Assembly: GCA_021613535.1 (NCBI GenBank)
Contig: CP075492.1
Coordinates: 11,842,001 to 11,906,000, forward strand
Reading direction: 5' to 3'
Length of the DNA stretch: 64,000 nt
DNA from: Adineta vaga
Lineage: Eukaryota; Animalia; Rotifera
The notes under the pieces are model-generated. The model was not told the DNA's origin, searched no databases, and saw only the letters and a program-made list of their open reading frames with translations. Positions 28,999 through 41,197 of the stretch are shown piece by piece (position 1 is the first letter of the stretch; every line of letters begins with the position of its first letter). The position numbers and the translations under genes were made by a program.

Positions 28999-29122
28999 TA
29001 GAGGGTGTGGGTGTGGGTGTCTCTCTTCTTTATCCACACCAACACCCACCCTTAGGCATGATTAGTAGCGGCGCCAGAATCTTTCATTGTGGTGGGCTTA
29101 GCCCACCCACACCCACCCTCAA
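28999..29122. mobile_element. Palindromic MITE-like element with telomere-repeat-like (TGTGGG)n arms
   Basis: gagggtgtgggtgtgggtgt at 29001 is inverted to cacaccaacacccaccc (about 29036-29052) and cccacacccaccctc (to 29120); GC-rich internal gtagcggcgccag...gggcttagccc segment. Confidence 0.6.
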
Positions 29123-29827
29123 GGATCTCCTAGATGATTATAATGTCTTTTTTTTAGTATAATAGTTCATTATATTGTTCTTTCAAGTACATATGTACTT
29201 AAGTAATTATACCATTTTAGTTTCTTTCGTATCACCCTCCCTTCAGTCGAGGGAAAAATCATCTAATAAATCAAATAAAGAATCGTATCAACACAATTGT
29301 GGTCACACCAACTAGTTGTATAAATCCATCACAAGTACCATCAAACATGCAATCTGTAATGTCAAACTTGATAATTGAATTGAACTATTCTTCAACTCGT
29401 AGCACTGTAATGTGTCCAGGCAGGAGAACATGCTTTTGCCGCTCATATAAAGTATATGGCTATTTTAGAAGCGTCGTTCTAAAAATCGATTTGAAATGCT
29501 CATGCATGGTGATCGAAACCACCGATGAAACATATGTGTTAGAGCCAATTGAACGAAAGCAGTCTCATATAAGTATCCAAATAAAATTCTCATCCATCCT
29601 TTTGTCTTCACTACCCATATGGTTGAATATGTGAATTCGAACTTCAAGTTATACGTGCATGGATTGTCTATCATTACTACTTGTTGCTACTACAAGAATG
29701 ATTCATAGTAAACATTCGAAAAAGTTACTTGAATGTACGCTAAAGTTGGACGAATTTTATTATGTTTGTTAAAGATAAAAATAGATAAATAGAAAGAAAT
29801 ATACAATGATTTGTGTGTCATTCTGTT

Positions 29828-30815
29828 CTATTTAAAATGATTTTCAATTCGTAAAAGCCAACAACTTGCATTTACAATATATCGTGCTGTACCTGCCGCA
29901 TCCCAATTGATGTATAATTTTGTGAAACCACAATCTAAACACAATCGTCCTTCGTTTGATGTGGATGCAGGTGGATCATATACAGAAATACATGTATTAC
30001 CATCACTCGCTGTTGCTATAGGAACGAATATCTTACGACTTTTTGACGTTGAATATACTGGATGACATACAGTAATACCTTCAAATAAATTTCTAATTCC
30101 TGTAAATATGTCATGTTGACCAAAATATCCTTTTTGTTCCCGGCCATCTTCTTTATATGTCATAGTATTTCCACCATAATAATTTCCTTTCACAGTAATA
30201 CCAAATTTTTTAGTTTGAAGAAATTCATTTACATGACATACATAATGGTGTGTTATCAGCAAATAAAAATATTGCACCACCATTTGAATGAAAGTTTATT
30301 AAAGATGAAGTAAACTCTAGATTTGGATTAGAATTAGAACTGATAATCCATGCAACTTGATAATGATTTGAAGAAAGTTCTTTCATACATTCATCTTCAG
30401 TTTTGACAAGTTTTACTTGAAAACCTTTTATTTTCAATTCGTCAATTGGTATTTGCATTGCTGCATCATTAAATTGAAAATCAGTATAGAATTGTGCAAT
30501 TAAAATATTAAATCCCATAAATGCTCCATCTCGTCCTAAATCATATTCTCTTCCTATTGGATTATAATATCGATCATATGCAAGAGCATCATTAATATCA
30601 CTTTTGCCTACAACTTCATTGTATGCTTGTATTGGTACTGACGTAGTAGTAGTAGTAGTGCTAGTCTTAGTAGTCGATGATGATAAAACTGTACATTGTT
30701 TAATTGTTCTTTTCTTCTTTTTAATAACTTTTTTTCTAATAGAACGTGATGTACTAGTTTTAATCTCTGATGATTTTAATTGACGTGCTAATGTAGCACG
30801 AGTTACAGCAACCAT
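29828..30815 (-). CDS. Intronless bacterial/protist-type hypothetical protein (possibly class I GATase-like/ThuA-like fold); one +1 frameshift at about 30244
   Basis: ORFs 30225-30815 and 29828-30283 join as ...GGAIFLFADNTP/YVCHVNEFL... if one T is removed; conserved-looking motifs YDLGRDGAF, LFEGITVC, GRLCLDCGFTKLYINWDAAGTARYIVNASCWL. Confidence 0.7.
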
Positions 30816-31424
30816 GATTTGAAGAAGTAATAATCAAATAGATAATGAGAAATCTAAAAGAAAATGTATTGTAAGAAGTTAATATATCAATAAAGTTGTA
30901 GAATGAACTGTATTGTATGTGTGATAGTAAAAAACGAGAATTTATATGTCAAAATTTGGTGTGGATGCTTCTGTCAAAAGTAATGTCACCATAATAGTGT
31001 GACTATTGTGCGATGACACGTAATTACGTAATTGTTCATTGATTTGTTACTAGATACTCTTTCAAACATCTGGGTTTGTTCATCTTTTATCATACTAGTT
31101 AGAGATTGTTGAGATCTTATTGAGTTCATTTGTTTTATTCTTCTAATTATAATTGTCTTGTTTGATCGAATTATGAAAAAAATAGATTTTCGAAGTATTT
31201 CATAGATTCTTGATTAATTTCAGATAGTATGAGTTGAGATACTTTGATATATAGTAGCGAAAACAATTCAGAGTAGTCACATTTGGATTCTCGATACTTC
31301 ATGTAAGCCAAAGCAGATGTCGCCTACAAACAATGGAACATCATTCATAAATTTGACATACGCCAACTCATCCACATTGGTGATTCTACTAACCGTTGGA
31401 AATCTATATTCTATGTCTCATCAT

Positions 31425-31446
31425 CAGATCAGATCAGATCAGATCA
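31425..31446. repeat. Pentanucleotide microsatellite (TCAGA)n
   Basis: tcagatcagatcagatcagatc upstream of MGAT1. Confidence 0.8.
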
Positions 31447-31571
31447 CTTTTCGAATTCGAATTTGAGATTAAAAATCAAATTTCTTTCCTCGTTCATTCA
31501 TTAAAGATTCATCTAAAGATATATATTTATTACAGATGATGAACTATCGGAAAAGATAATGTGTGATTAAA

Positions 31572-33353
31572 ATGCGATCAATTCTTAAGAAAATTTTTAT
31601 TACGACAGGTGTCTTCTTTCTTATCAATATACTTCTATTAATCAGTCTTAAAGGTTTTCATACACCAGCAAATAAACATGAACCGGTAGCATTATAAGAA
31701 AAGAAAAGTTAATATTTGTTTTATGAACAGATTTTTGTTTAGGGTCCACCTATTCTCGAACCAGTTAATCCAAAATTTCGACCAGTAGTTACGTCGACCG
31801 TACCACTTGATAAATCTTTTTCATCGATATCAGTAAATTCTTCGAAATTGTCTATGACGATACAATTCACTCTTTCTTTAATTTAGAAATTTGATACAAT
31901 TTTACCTGTTGTTGTTTTTGGTTGTAATCGACCACGTGCTCTTCAAACACATATCGAAGCACTTCTTCGGTTTATTAAACAAACATTTCTCATTATTTAT
32001 CTTGCGTTTATTAATTTAGAATTCGTAAAAATCCTGAATTACATCCAATTATCGTCAGTTTAGATTGTCATAATGATGATACCATTCAAGTTGCTAAGAA
32101 ATTCGGCGATAAAATTAAAACCATTATTGAAGTATATATGTTTTACTTATTTTCATTGAATCGAAACATTATTCAAAACTATTTAGTTACCCGATCTTGG
32201 TCCAATTCATGTTCCTTCACAATTTGAACACATGTCTGGATATTATAAAATAGCACGACATTATAACTATTCAATTAATTATGTTCTTTATCATCTTAAT
32301 TATGATGCACTTATTATCACGGAAGGTTAGTCTATATTAAATATGATACAAATATGTAGATTTTATTTACAGATGATTTGGAAATATCACCTGATTTTCT
32401 TGATTATTTTCAAACACTATATCCATTGTTAGTACATGATAAAACAGTATGGTGCATTTCAGCATGGAATGATAATGGTATTGATAAAAAAATTGCACGA
32501 GATTCAAGTAAACAAAAAGAATTTTTTGCAAACTGTTGATCTATGCATGTATTGTGTAGCTCTTCTTCATCGTACGGATTTTTTTCCTGGTCTTGGTTGG
32601 TTATTACCAAAAACGATTTGGAATGAAATCAAAGGAAAATGGCCTTCAGGGTAAATTTAAAGAATAGGAAAATATAATGATATGATGAATATTTTGTGTT
32701 CAAAGGTTTTGGGATGATTGGATGAGATTACCCGAACAACGTCGTGATCGTGCTTGTATTCGACCAGAAATATCACGTACAGCAATATCACCTGAAGGAA
32801 AAAAAGGTGTTAGTCAGTATGTATTTGAATTTTACGGAAAAAGGAAAAATGTTTTTGCACAGATTCGATTTCTAGAGGTCAACATTACGAGAAATATTTG
32901 AAGAAAATAGTTAAAAATAATGATCCAGTCGATTGGAAATCAATTGATATTAGTTACTTGACAAAAGTATGAAAAAAAAATCGATTTGTCTGAAATAAAA
33001 GTTGAACGTATTTATTTTTCTGTTTAGGACCGATATGATCCAATGTTTCAAGCACGTGTTGATGCTTGTCAAGTTATCACTGTATCCGATTTGGGACATT
33101 TACAAAATGATATGAAATGTGCCCAAATACGTTATAGTAATGAGAAAGAATTTGTTGCTATAGCTAATACTTTGGAAATAATGAATGATTTTAAGGTTAG
33201 TTAGAAAAATTCTATCGAAAATGTTCTTCTAAGTGAATCATTTGATTTTAGAGTAACGTGCCTCGAACAGCCTATCGCGGTGTTGTCCAATGTCAATATG
33301 GTTCAACAACGATCTATGTCACACCGACTCAACGACCGTGGAAAGGCTATTGA
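31572..33353 (+). CDS. MGAT1: Alpha-1,3-mannosyl-glycoprotein 2-beta-N-acetylglucosaminyltransferase (GnT-I, GT13), many small exons
   Basis: Type II TM N-terminus; [64 protein letters not shown], terminal WKGY. Confidence 0.93.
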
Positions 33354-33557
33354 TACGCAGTATAACATAAATAATACTTCAATTGTTGAAATTTTTGTTT
33401 GTTTTTTCCTTTTTAACTAAACTTGTGAGCTCAATTGTGATAAAAAAAAAGCTGGTTTTATTCATTTCTTATCTCAATTCTAACTTATCTGATCGTACAT
33501 CTGTTTTATAAATAATCTCATAGAAAACAAAAGAAGAAATCGACAACATTGTTTCAG

Positions 33558-36500
33558 ATGATTCTCAGACAATGTCTGTCAAATCGTTTTCGACAAATAT
33601 CTTGTTTTTCTTTAATTCGTTGTTGTTCACAATCAACACGTCGACAGAATCCATTAAGTATTCAAATGTTGAGTGCGAAAATGCATGAAAAATTATTTTC
33701 ATCAGCTGGTGAACCAAAATATTCACCTGATAAGGTTAAAAAATCAGAAACGCATCTGAAAGAATTTGATCTTGGTTCGAACTCAAGTGAAGTATTTGCA
33801 GATATTGAATTTGATTTACCTCAATTAGAGGGAAAAACATTGGATGAACATTTTCAAAGTATCGCAAAAAAGCAATCAAAACCTTATGTTCAACTTATTG
33901 AAGAATTAATTGCCGCTGATATACCACCACAACCGACGACATGGTCAAATGCAAAAGGATGGACAAAGTCTGTATATCCGACTAGATTAAAGTTTATCTA
34001 ATTATTTTTCTATCACAAGGTATTCAAATGATGGTCGACCTCCAGTTTCTGTTCAGTATCCAGATGAAAAAGTCCTGGTATTTGATGTGGAAACATTAGT
34101 TTGTGAAGGAAATTTTTCTGTTTTGGCAGTTGCACTTTCACCTAAGCATTGGTTTGTGATTTGAGTGGTACACTACGTACACAGACATTTAGAATTATCA
34201 ATCTTTATCTTTCTTTTTTGCACAGGTATACTTGGTGTAGTTCACGTTTGACTGATGAAGAATTTCGATTGAAATCGAATGTAGAATTAAATGATATGAT
34301 ACCCATGGAATCTGAACCATCAAAACCATCACTTGTGATTGGTCATAATGTGGCATTTGATCGTACCTATATAAAAGAACAATATCAAATTGAAGTGAGT
34401 ACGATAAATTCATTGAATGAATACACAACATCGATTTATGATTAGAAAACAGCAATGTGTTTTCTCGATACAATGAGTTTACATATAATGTGTTCTGGAT
34501 TTACGCATGCACAACGAATGCAATATCAAGCATTTGAAAAAGGTTCAATAGTAAGAACAAGTGAAAAAGAAGATATAATTGAAGGTGACATTGATGAACA
34601 AAATTTAGCTATGTTATTGGCTAGTGAAAAAGAAAAAGATTTTAAAGCATATGCAAAAATGAAGAATATGCAAGTATGGTCATATACAAATCTTGATCTC
34701 AGATATTATATTGTTCATTTTGTATGAATTTTAGAATCAACAATGGAGATCGAAAAGTAGTTTAAATAATCTTGTATCTGTACATAAACTCTATTGTCAG
34801 CCGACAACACCATTAAGTAAAGCAATGCAAAAAATTTTTGTCGAAGGTAATATGTCAGATGTACGAGAAAATTTCCAGGTAAATTGATTCTTCTTTAATA
34901 ATAATATGAGTCTATTTCACATTATTATTCAAAGAATCTGATGACTTATTGTGCCAATGATGTTAAAGCAACATTTGAAATCATACAAAAACTATATCCA
35001 ATGTTTAAAGAACGGTAGTTAATTTGATTTATATTTTCTTTTTAATATACGTATAGGATTGTGATCTAGATTTCCTCATCCAGTAACATTCAGTGGTATG
35101 CTTGAAATGAGTCGAATGATTTTACCGATTAATAAAAATTGGTCAAGATTTATTCATGAAGCTGAACGAACATATGAAAATATTAATTCAGATATTCAAC
35201 ATGTATTGATGCAAATTGCTAATGAAGCGTGTCAACAACTCATTGATGAAAAGTATGACAGACAAACCAAATTTCATTCATTTGTATTCGATTTGGTATT
35301 AGATATAAGAAAGATCCTTGGTTATGGGATCTGGATTGGAGTACTCAAAAAATTCGTTTTCTTAAATCATCGAAAGCTAAATCAATCAAATCGGAAGTGA
35401 ATGAATCAGTTGAAAATCCAATCTTTAAAATTGCTGGAAATCGATGGCAAACAAAAATCATGACAGAAGATGATCCTGATGTGAAGCCTAGTCCTGCGGT
35501 ACAAAAAGTTCTAAATACATATTCTTCTTTATCAAAGATTCAACCACATATGCCAGGATATCCAAGGTAAGAAAGTTGTTATTCAAATACTATTCTTTCA
35601 TTCTGAAATACCACCATTTATTACAGTTGGTATCGTGATCTATGTATGAAATTGCCCAAGAATGAAACGAATGATGAAGAAGAAGAAGTAGCATGGAAAC
35701 CAGGACCACAAGTGATTTCAACAAAAATGCGAGTTGTACCCAAATTATTACGTCTGACTTGGCTTGGTTATCCTGTTCATTATGATGAGACACATGGTTG
35801 GGGTTATCTTGTACCAGGTGCGGATACTAAGGAAGAAGGAACAACAGATTTTCCTTATGAGTAAGTATATAGTGAAGAGTTTTCGTCAATATTGATTTAC
35901 TTTTTTTCGTAGAGCAATCGAAAAAGTATGTGAGGAGACAAAGCCATATGGACGTAGTACTACCAACATGGGATTACACGTAATTGATGATCGTCTGACA
36001 AGAATAGCACAAGAAATTGATGAACTACAAGCAAAACCTGATTCGCTTCTTATGGTGGAAAAATTAATCAAAGAACAGGAACATTTACTTAATGAACAAA
36101 AGAAATTATTGAAAACTGTATTTAATTTTCAATTATTAATTATTCAAAATCATATTTTCATTTTCTAGCATAAAAAAGGACTTCCAAACGATTTGCATTG
36201 CCCGATTCATCAAGGAAATGGACCTCATGCCGTAGCAAATGTACCTGGTTGTTGGTTTTTTAAAATACCACACAAAGTAAAGCAAAGAATTCTTTCTAAT
36301 TTTATTTTGATAATGTTTGATTATATAGGATGGCAATGAGAAAAATGTAGGTAATCCTTTAGCTAAATCCTTTAGTTCAAAAATAGCTGATGGAACATTG
36401 CGTGCTCATGGTTCTACAGCTGCAAAATGGTTACTCGAATGGAGTAAGATGTTAAGTTATTGGGAAAATAATGAAAAACGAATCAAGTACGGTTTTGTTT

Positions 36501-38147
36501 AGAAGTCAAATATTTTCTCTTCAACTTTATATCTTTAGATCTCAAATGGCTGTACAAATTGAAGAGGATGGAACAGCCATTATTTTACCTCGTGTTGTCG
36601 TTGCTGGTACCGTTACAAGACGAGCAGTAGAACCAACATGGTTAACGGCTTCAAATGCTCAAGTAACGATTAAATATATTTTGTGTACTTTTCATGCATA
36701 AGGAACTATCATGATTGTAGACAGATCGTATTGGAAGTGAACTTAAAGCAATGGTACAAGCACCAAAAGGTTATTATTTCGTGGGTGCTGATGTTGATAG
36801 TCAAGAATTATGGATTGCTTCTATTCTTGCTGATTCACAATTTGCAGCAATGCATGGTAAAGTGACAGAGCGTTGAATGAAACTTAAATAGAGATCATCT
36901 GCTTTAGGTTCAACAGCATTTGGTTGGATGAATTTACAGGGGAAAAAGAAAGATGGTACTGATCTTCATAGTAAAGTGGCTGCACTTGTTGGTATTAGTC
37001 GTGATCAAGCTAAAGTAAGTGTGATATTGCTCATTTATTGAAAAAAAATTCAAACGCTGATTAAATCATTAAGGTATTCAATTATGGACGAATGTATGGA
37101 GCTGGAAAGACATTTGCAGAAAAATTATTAATGCAATTCAATCATGAATTAACTGTCGATGAAGCAAAGGAAAAAGCGGATGTCATGTATTTAAATACAA
37201 AAGGAAAAAAGTAGGAAAGAACTTATATCTTCTTTTTTGTTTTTCTCTTAGAAATGATTGTTTTATTTTAGAAATCGTATGAATAATTTATGGGAAGGTG
37301 GTTCAGAATCTGAAATGTTCAATAGTTTGGAGAAAATTGCTCGTAGTGCTCAACCTGAAACCCCAGTATTACAGGCTCGAATTAGTCGAGCACTTGAACC
37401 AGCTAATGTTGGTGAAGCTGTAAGAACAAACGAATTATGGGCAAAAAAAGAATGTTCTAGTGCCAATTATTTTTATTTGAATAGTATATGACAAGTCGAA
37501 CGAATTGGGTTGTACAGAGTTCAGCTGTTGATTATCTTCATCTAATGCTTGTTTGTATGAAATGGCTTATTGAGCAATATCAGATACGATGTCGATTTGT
37601 TATTAGTATGGACAGTTCTTCACCGTAGTATTTAATCGGAATTTGTATCGTTTGTTTAGGTATTCACGACGAAGTTCGATATATATGTCATGAAGATGAC
37701 CGGTAAATGAATTATGTTACAATATGATAGGATGTTTCTTTTTTGGTTTTTATTTCTTAGATACCGAGCTGCTCTTGCATTACAAATTACAAATTTATTA
37801 ACCCGAGCCATGTTTGCTGAAAAACTTGGTATGAATGATTTACCAGCTGTACGTTTCCTGTTTGTTTCGTCGAGATTGATTCTTTTATATTATGTCTGTT
37901 TTAGTCTGTTGCGTTCTTCAGTTCAGTAGATATTGATAAATGTTTAAGAAAAGAATCCTATCTAGATTGTAAAACACCAAGTAATCCATTAGGTCTTGAA
38001 GCTGCCTATGATATTCCAAAAGGTATATACTTAATTGTTATTATTCTATGTTCATAATTCTATATACTTGTAGGTGAATCGTTAACAATTGATGATATCC
38101 TGAGAGTGACGAACAAATCATTAGAAAAGCCAAAATCAGAATTATGA
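33558..38147 (+). CDS. POLG: Mitochondrial DNA polymerase gamma catalytic subunit
   Basis: Arg/Ser-rich targeting-like N-terminus; ExoI FDVE, Exo[10 protein letters not shown], ExoIII YCANDV; polymerase motifs [31 protein letters not shown]; [12 protein letters not shown]. Confidence 0.97.
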
Positions 38148-38739
38148 TTATTGTTATGAAATGAAAACGTTGTTTTTTTTGTAATAAACTATGTGATGCA
38201 ACTTAAGCACGAAACATATTCATTGGATATTTTAAGTTAGATGGTCTAGATAAAAACAACTTCATTTCTTATAGTAGTATGTATTTATTGTAGAAGTGAT
38301 TCTGAATTCAATGATTTTATTTACTTTTTAAAACACGGAAGATAATAGTTATAGTTTGTTATTAATGTCGTTGAGAAGTTCTGTATATGTTTGAATGTTC
38401 TACGATGTTCACAGCACGTTTATAATATGAATATGCTTTAGTACAATTCATAGACTAACGGTACTGCAAAAGTTCAGTAATGTCTTGATCGTACAGTCAA
38501 TTGTTTTTCCTTTTTTCCAAAATTTACTATAAGGTGTTCACGGTTGGATGATTTTTTATGCTGCCCGTTTTAGTATAAGCCAATTATTGAATTAAAAAAA
38601 AACTACATTGAAAAACAAAGATTACGATCAATCATTAAGTTATTTAAAATCGATTTTACGCTCATATTCACCTGATCGAGCATTCATCATTGGTTGTATA
38701 ACAAATTGTTAAGATAGTAATCTGATTAAAGTATCATAT

Positions 38740-38901
38740 CCCAGGACAATGATTCCGGAAGCAGTATTCCACTAATTTCTGACGAAAACCTGCAGAAAAC
38801 CTCTCATTTTCCGGCTGAAAATGTTCAGAATCCGGCGACCATATCCGGCTGTCGGTTATGGCAGGTTCTGGTCGGATCCGTTCCGGATTATTCGACCTGA
38901 G
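38740..38901. mobile_element. 162-bp MITE with imperfect ~21-bp terminal inverted repeats
   Basis: Left end cccaggacaatgattccggaa; reverse complement of right end ctcaggtcgaataatccggaa; AT dinucleotide on both flanks; GC-rich with many CCGG against an AT-rich background. Confidence 0.75.
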
Positions 38902-39065
38902 ATGATGAAGAAAAAAATGAAATTATAAATATATATTTGGATCATAATTCATAGTGTAACTTTTTCGTTTGAAAATCAAAAAATATTTCAGCTTTATTCG
39001 TTTAAAATTCTAATAAAAAAATAAAGTAAAACTTTCGAGTATGGTCCATAATTGAAAATCATGAT

Positions 39066-40454
39066 CTATTTTTTGGATTTATCAGTTCTTGCATAAGGTC
39101 GATGAAGATGTGTTTTTTTCAATGTGACACCAAATCCTGGTTTATTTGGATCTAAATTTACCCATCCATCCTGTGGTAGCGGTTCATCATCGAAAAGATG
39201 ACCAAAATAAGGTGAAATACTGGCACCATCAGGTGCAAGAAGAATAAATTCACTCATTGGTAAATTAGGAAATGCATACTGTAAATGATAGGAATAAATG
39301 GATGAACCATGAGGAACAATTGGTACATCATAAGCAGAAGCAAGAGCAACGATACGACGAGCTTCAGTTATTCCACCACACCAAGTAACATCAGGTTGAA
39401 GAAGATCAGCACATTCTTGATCGAGTAATAATTTGAATCCCCAACGAGTATATTCATGTTCACCACACGTTAATAAAGCAGTAGAAGGATTACGTTTCTT
39501 TACTTCTGTGTAACCAGAATATTGATCTGGTGGTAAATGTTCTTCAACCCTATGATCAAAACATTAGAAGTTCATAGTGGAAAAATAAAAAAGGTGTCTA
39601 TACCATTTGATATTGTATGGTTTGACGAGTTCAAGTAATTTTAATGTGTAACCCACTGTTAATGCCATGTAACAATCCTAACAAAAATAAAATATCGAAG
39701 ATTATCATAGTTTATGGAAAAAAATGGCATAACATACAATCATCAATGGAAAATCAGGTCCAACCGCTTGTCGAATTTCTGCAACACGTTGAATATTCTT
39801 TCGCATTCCTTCATCTCCATCAGCTGGTCCATATGGTAACGGAAATTTTGCTCCTTTAAATCCTAACTTTTTTGCTGCTAATGGATCATAACATGTTGCA
39901 TAACAAGGTAAACTTCCTTTTGTTTTTCCTCCTAATAATTTATAGACAGGTTCATTACGTAGTTTTCCCGCACAATCCCAAAGTGCAAGATCAATGGCTG
40001 AAATTGCTTGAACTGTTAAGCCCTTTCGTCCATAGTTCATTGATGAACGCCACATTACATCCCATAAATACTCAATATTTAATGGATCTTGACCTTCAAG
40101 AAAGCGACTAAAATGATTTTCAATAATAAAACATGCAGGTTCACCACCGATTGATACTCCTACACCAGTCATTCCATTCGTTAATTCAATTTCAACAATA
40201 ACAGAACCAAGTGCGTCAATTCCCCAAGTTGAACGACGAGCTTTGTATTTTTCATAGAATGACATTGGATTGGCAATCGGCCATTGATCTGTTCCAAGAA
40301 TCCAATGCCCTTCAGCTTGAGAATGACAATCAGCAAAACCACCACCTTCTTCTTCGGCTTTTTTCGATTCAATAACATACGCTCGAACATTCAGAATAGT
40401 AACAGCATTATCATCAGGTTTAACATCTGGAAGTACAGCCAAATTAAGCGACAT
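39066..40454 (-). CDS. rhmD: L-rhamnonate dehydratase (enolase superfamily, mandelate racemase subgroup), three exons
   Basis: HWI...IANPMS, SMNYGRKG, AISAIDLALWD, KFPLPYGPADG, Mg ligands in MI|DCYM, W|VEE and GEHEYT, QPDVTWCGG, catalytic His in VPHGS. Confidence 0.9.
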
Positions 40455-41197
40455 TCTTCTATTTATTCACTTCACTAAATACTTTTCTTTTATCGAAGAA
40501 CCTTGCATAAAAGTACATCTTAGATAAGAACGAACAATATCTTTATATCTGAAATTACATCCATCTAAGACATGTTCGCTCTTTCTTTTCATTTTCTTTC
40601 TTATTTTTATTTCAACAACATAAGAAATGTTGAGATTCGATTCATGTAAATGAACTAAACAATAAAAGATATGTGGTCCAAAAAATAGGTCCTATATGTA
40701 TACTGGCTTTTTGCCGTCCATTATATTAACTATCATTCATACAGTAAAGGAATTCATGCTACTTTCCAAGAGATCTAGTTTATGATTAAAACCCACTGTT
40801 TCTACCAAATGAACTCTTGAAAGTTTTATCAAAGACATATACTTTTTCAAAATAAAAGAATATATCAAATAAATGTTCTCCATTCGATGATTTTAAAGTG
40901 AGACGTAAGAAATAGACTATCTCCTACTTCAATATCATCTCACCATCAGCTGAAAGAATGTCTTGAAACATTCTTTCTTCAGACGCTTCTAGCGACCTAC
41001 CGATCTATTGCGACATCTCAAATAATATTATGACACATTATTTAATGGTTATTTTTCTTTTTTCGTTTGAGAGTCAGAACAGATCCATATACATACATAT
41101 CCGTTTATTTTATGAATGGGGAAAAACTACAGTAGTGCTTTATCATTATTTTATTTTAATTGTAATTTTCTAGACTTCATTCTTTTCAAATCGATCG

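Noticed and set aside
29240-29700. ORFs 29299-29634 (+) and 29465-29674 (-) as genes
   Set aside because: No recognisable domain; minus-strand frames carry several stops, so at most a decayed pseudogene fragment I cannot assign
30225-30283. Programmed ribosomal frameshifting at the ORF overlap (also at 59081)
   Set aside because: No canonical slippery heptamer or downstream structure; a single-base indel explains each case
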